A stretch of 64,000 bases of DNA from NCBI GenBank assembly GCA_028023455.1, contig JAQFVV010000006.1, positions 620,001-684,000 of the forward strand, read 5' to 3'. Numbering within the stretch: the stretch's first letter is position 1; each line of letters begins with the position of its first letter. The DNA is from Epiperipatus broadwayi. Its lineage: Eukaryota > Animalia > Onychophora. This document shows, one piece after another, positions 63,863 through 64,000 of the stretch. Below the pieces are notes generated by a model. That model did no database searches. It saw only the letters and a program-made list of their open reading frames with translations, and was not told where the DNA came from. A program made the position numbers and the translations under genes.

Positions 63863-63960
63863 CAGGGTTGGGCAATTGTTTTGGCTCGGGAGCCGCAGAG
63901 GTTGGCGGAAAGCCGCATCGGGGCCACTTTGTGGAAATTAGCGGAGGGCCCCACCTTTTT
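63863..63960 (+). mobile_element. hAT-type MITE left end
   Basis: CAGGGTTGGGCAATTGTTTTGGCTCGGGAGCCGCA...GGGCCAC, a GC-rich hAT MITE-like terminus. Confidence 0.55.
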
Positions 63961-64000
63961 TCCACGACACAATAAATATACTGCTTTATTCCCTGTATTA

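Overview
AT-rich eukaryotic (arthropod-type) genomic DNA with two convergent, partially included protein-coding genes. On +, the last four coding exons of the pre-rRNA 2'-O-methyltransferase FTSJ3/SPB1 lie at 838-13125. On -, the last three coding exons of 14-3-3 epsilon lie at 59274 down to 24623, with ~23 kb and ~11 kb introns and a probably multi-kb 3'UTR. The 5' exons of both genes appear to lie outside the window. Introns are filled with decayed mobile DNA: mariner/Tc1, pogo/Tigger and hAT relics, RTE-like LINE fragments, Penelope-like (RT/GIY-YIG) elements, and a ~4.7 kb LINE with PHD + SGNH-esterase ORF1 and APE-RT-CCHC ORF2. There is also a TTAA-bounded repeat family in three copies, a ~45-bp minisatellite and several foldbacks. 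The most notable unannotated signals are a candidate intronic box C/D snoRNA in FTSJ3 with 11-nt complementarity to 18S rRNA, a hammerhead-ribozyme core, a covarying hammerhead-like hairpin shared by three Penelope termini, and a nested foldback in the 14-3-3 intron. All motif assignments were made by eye; no database searches were run.
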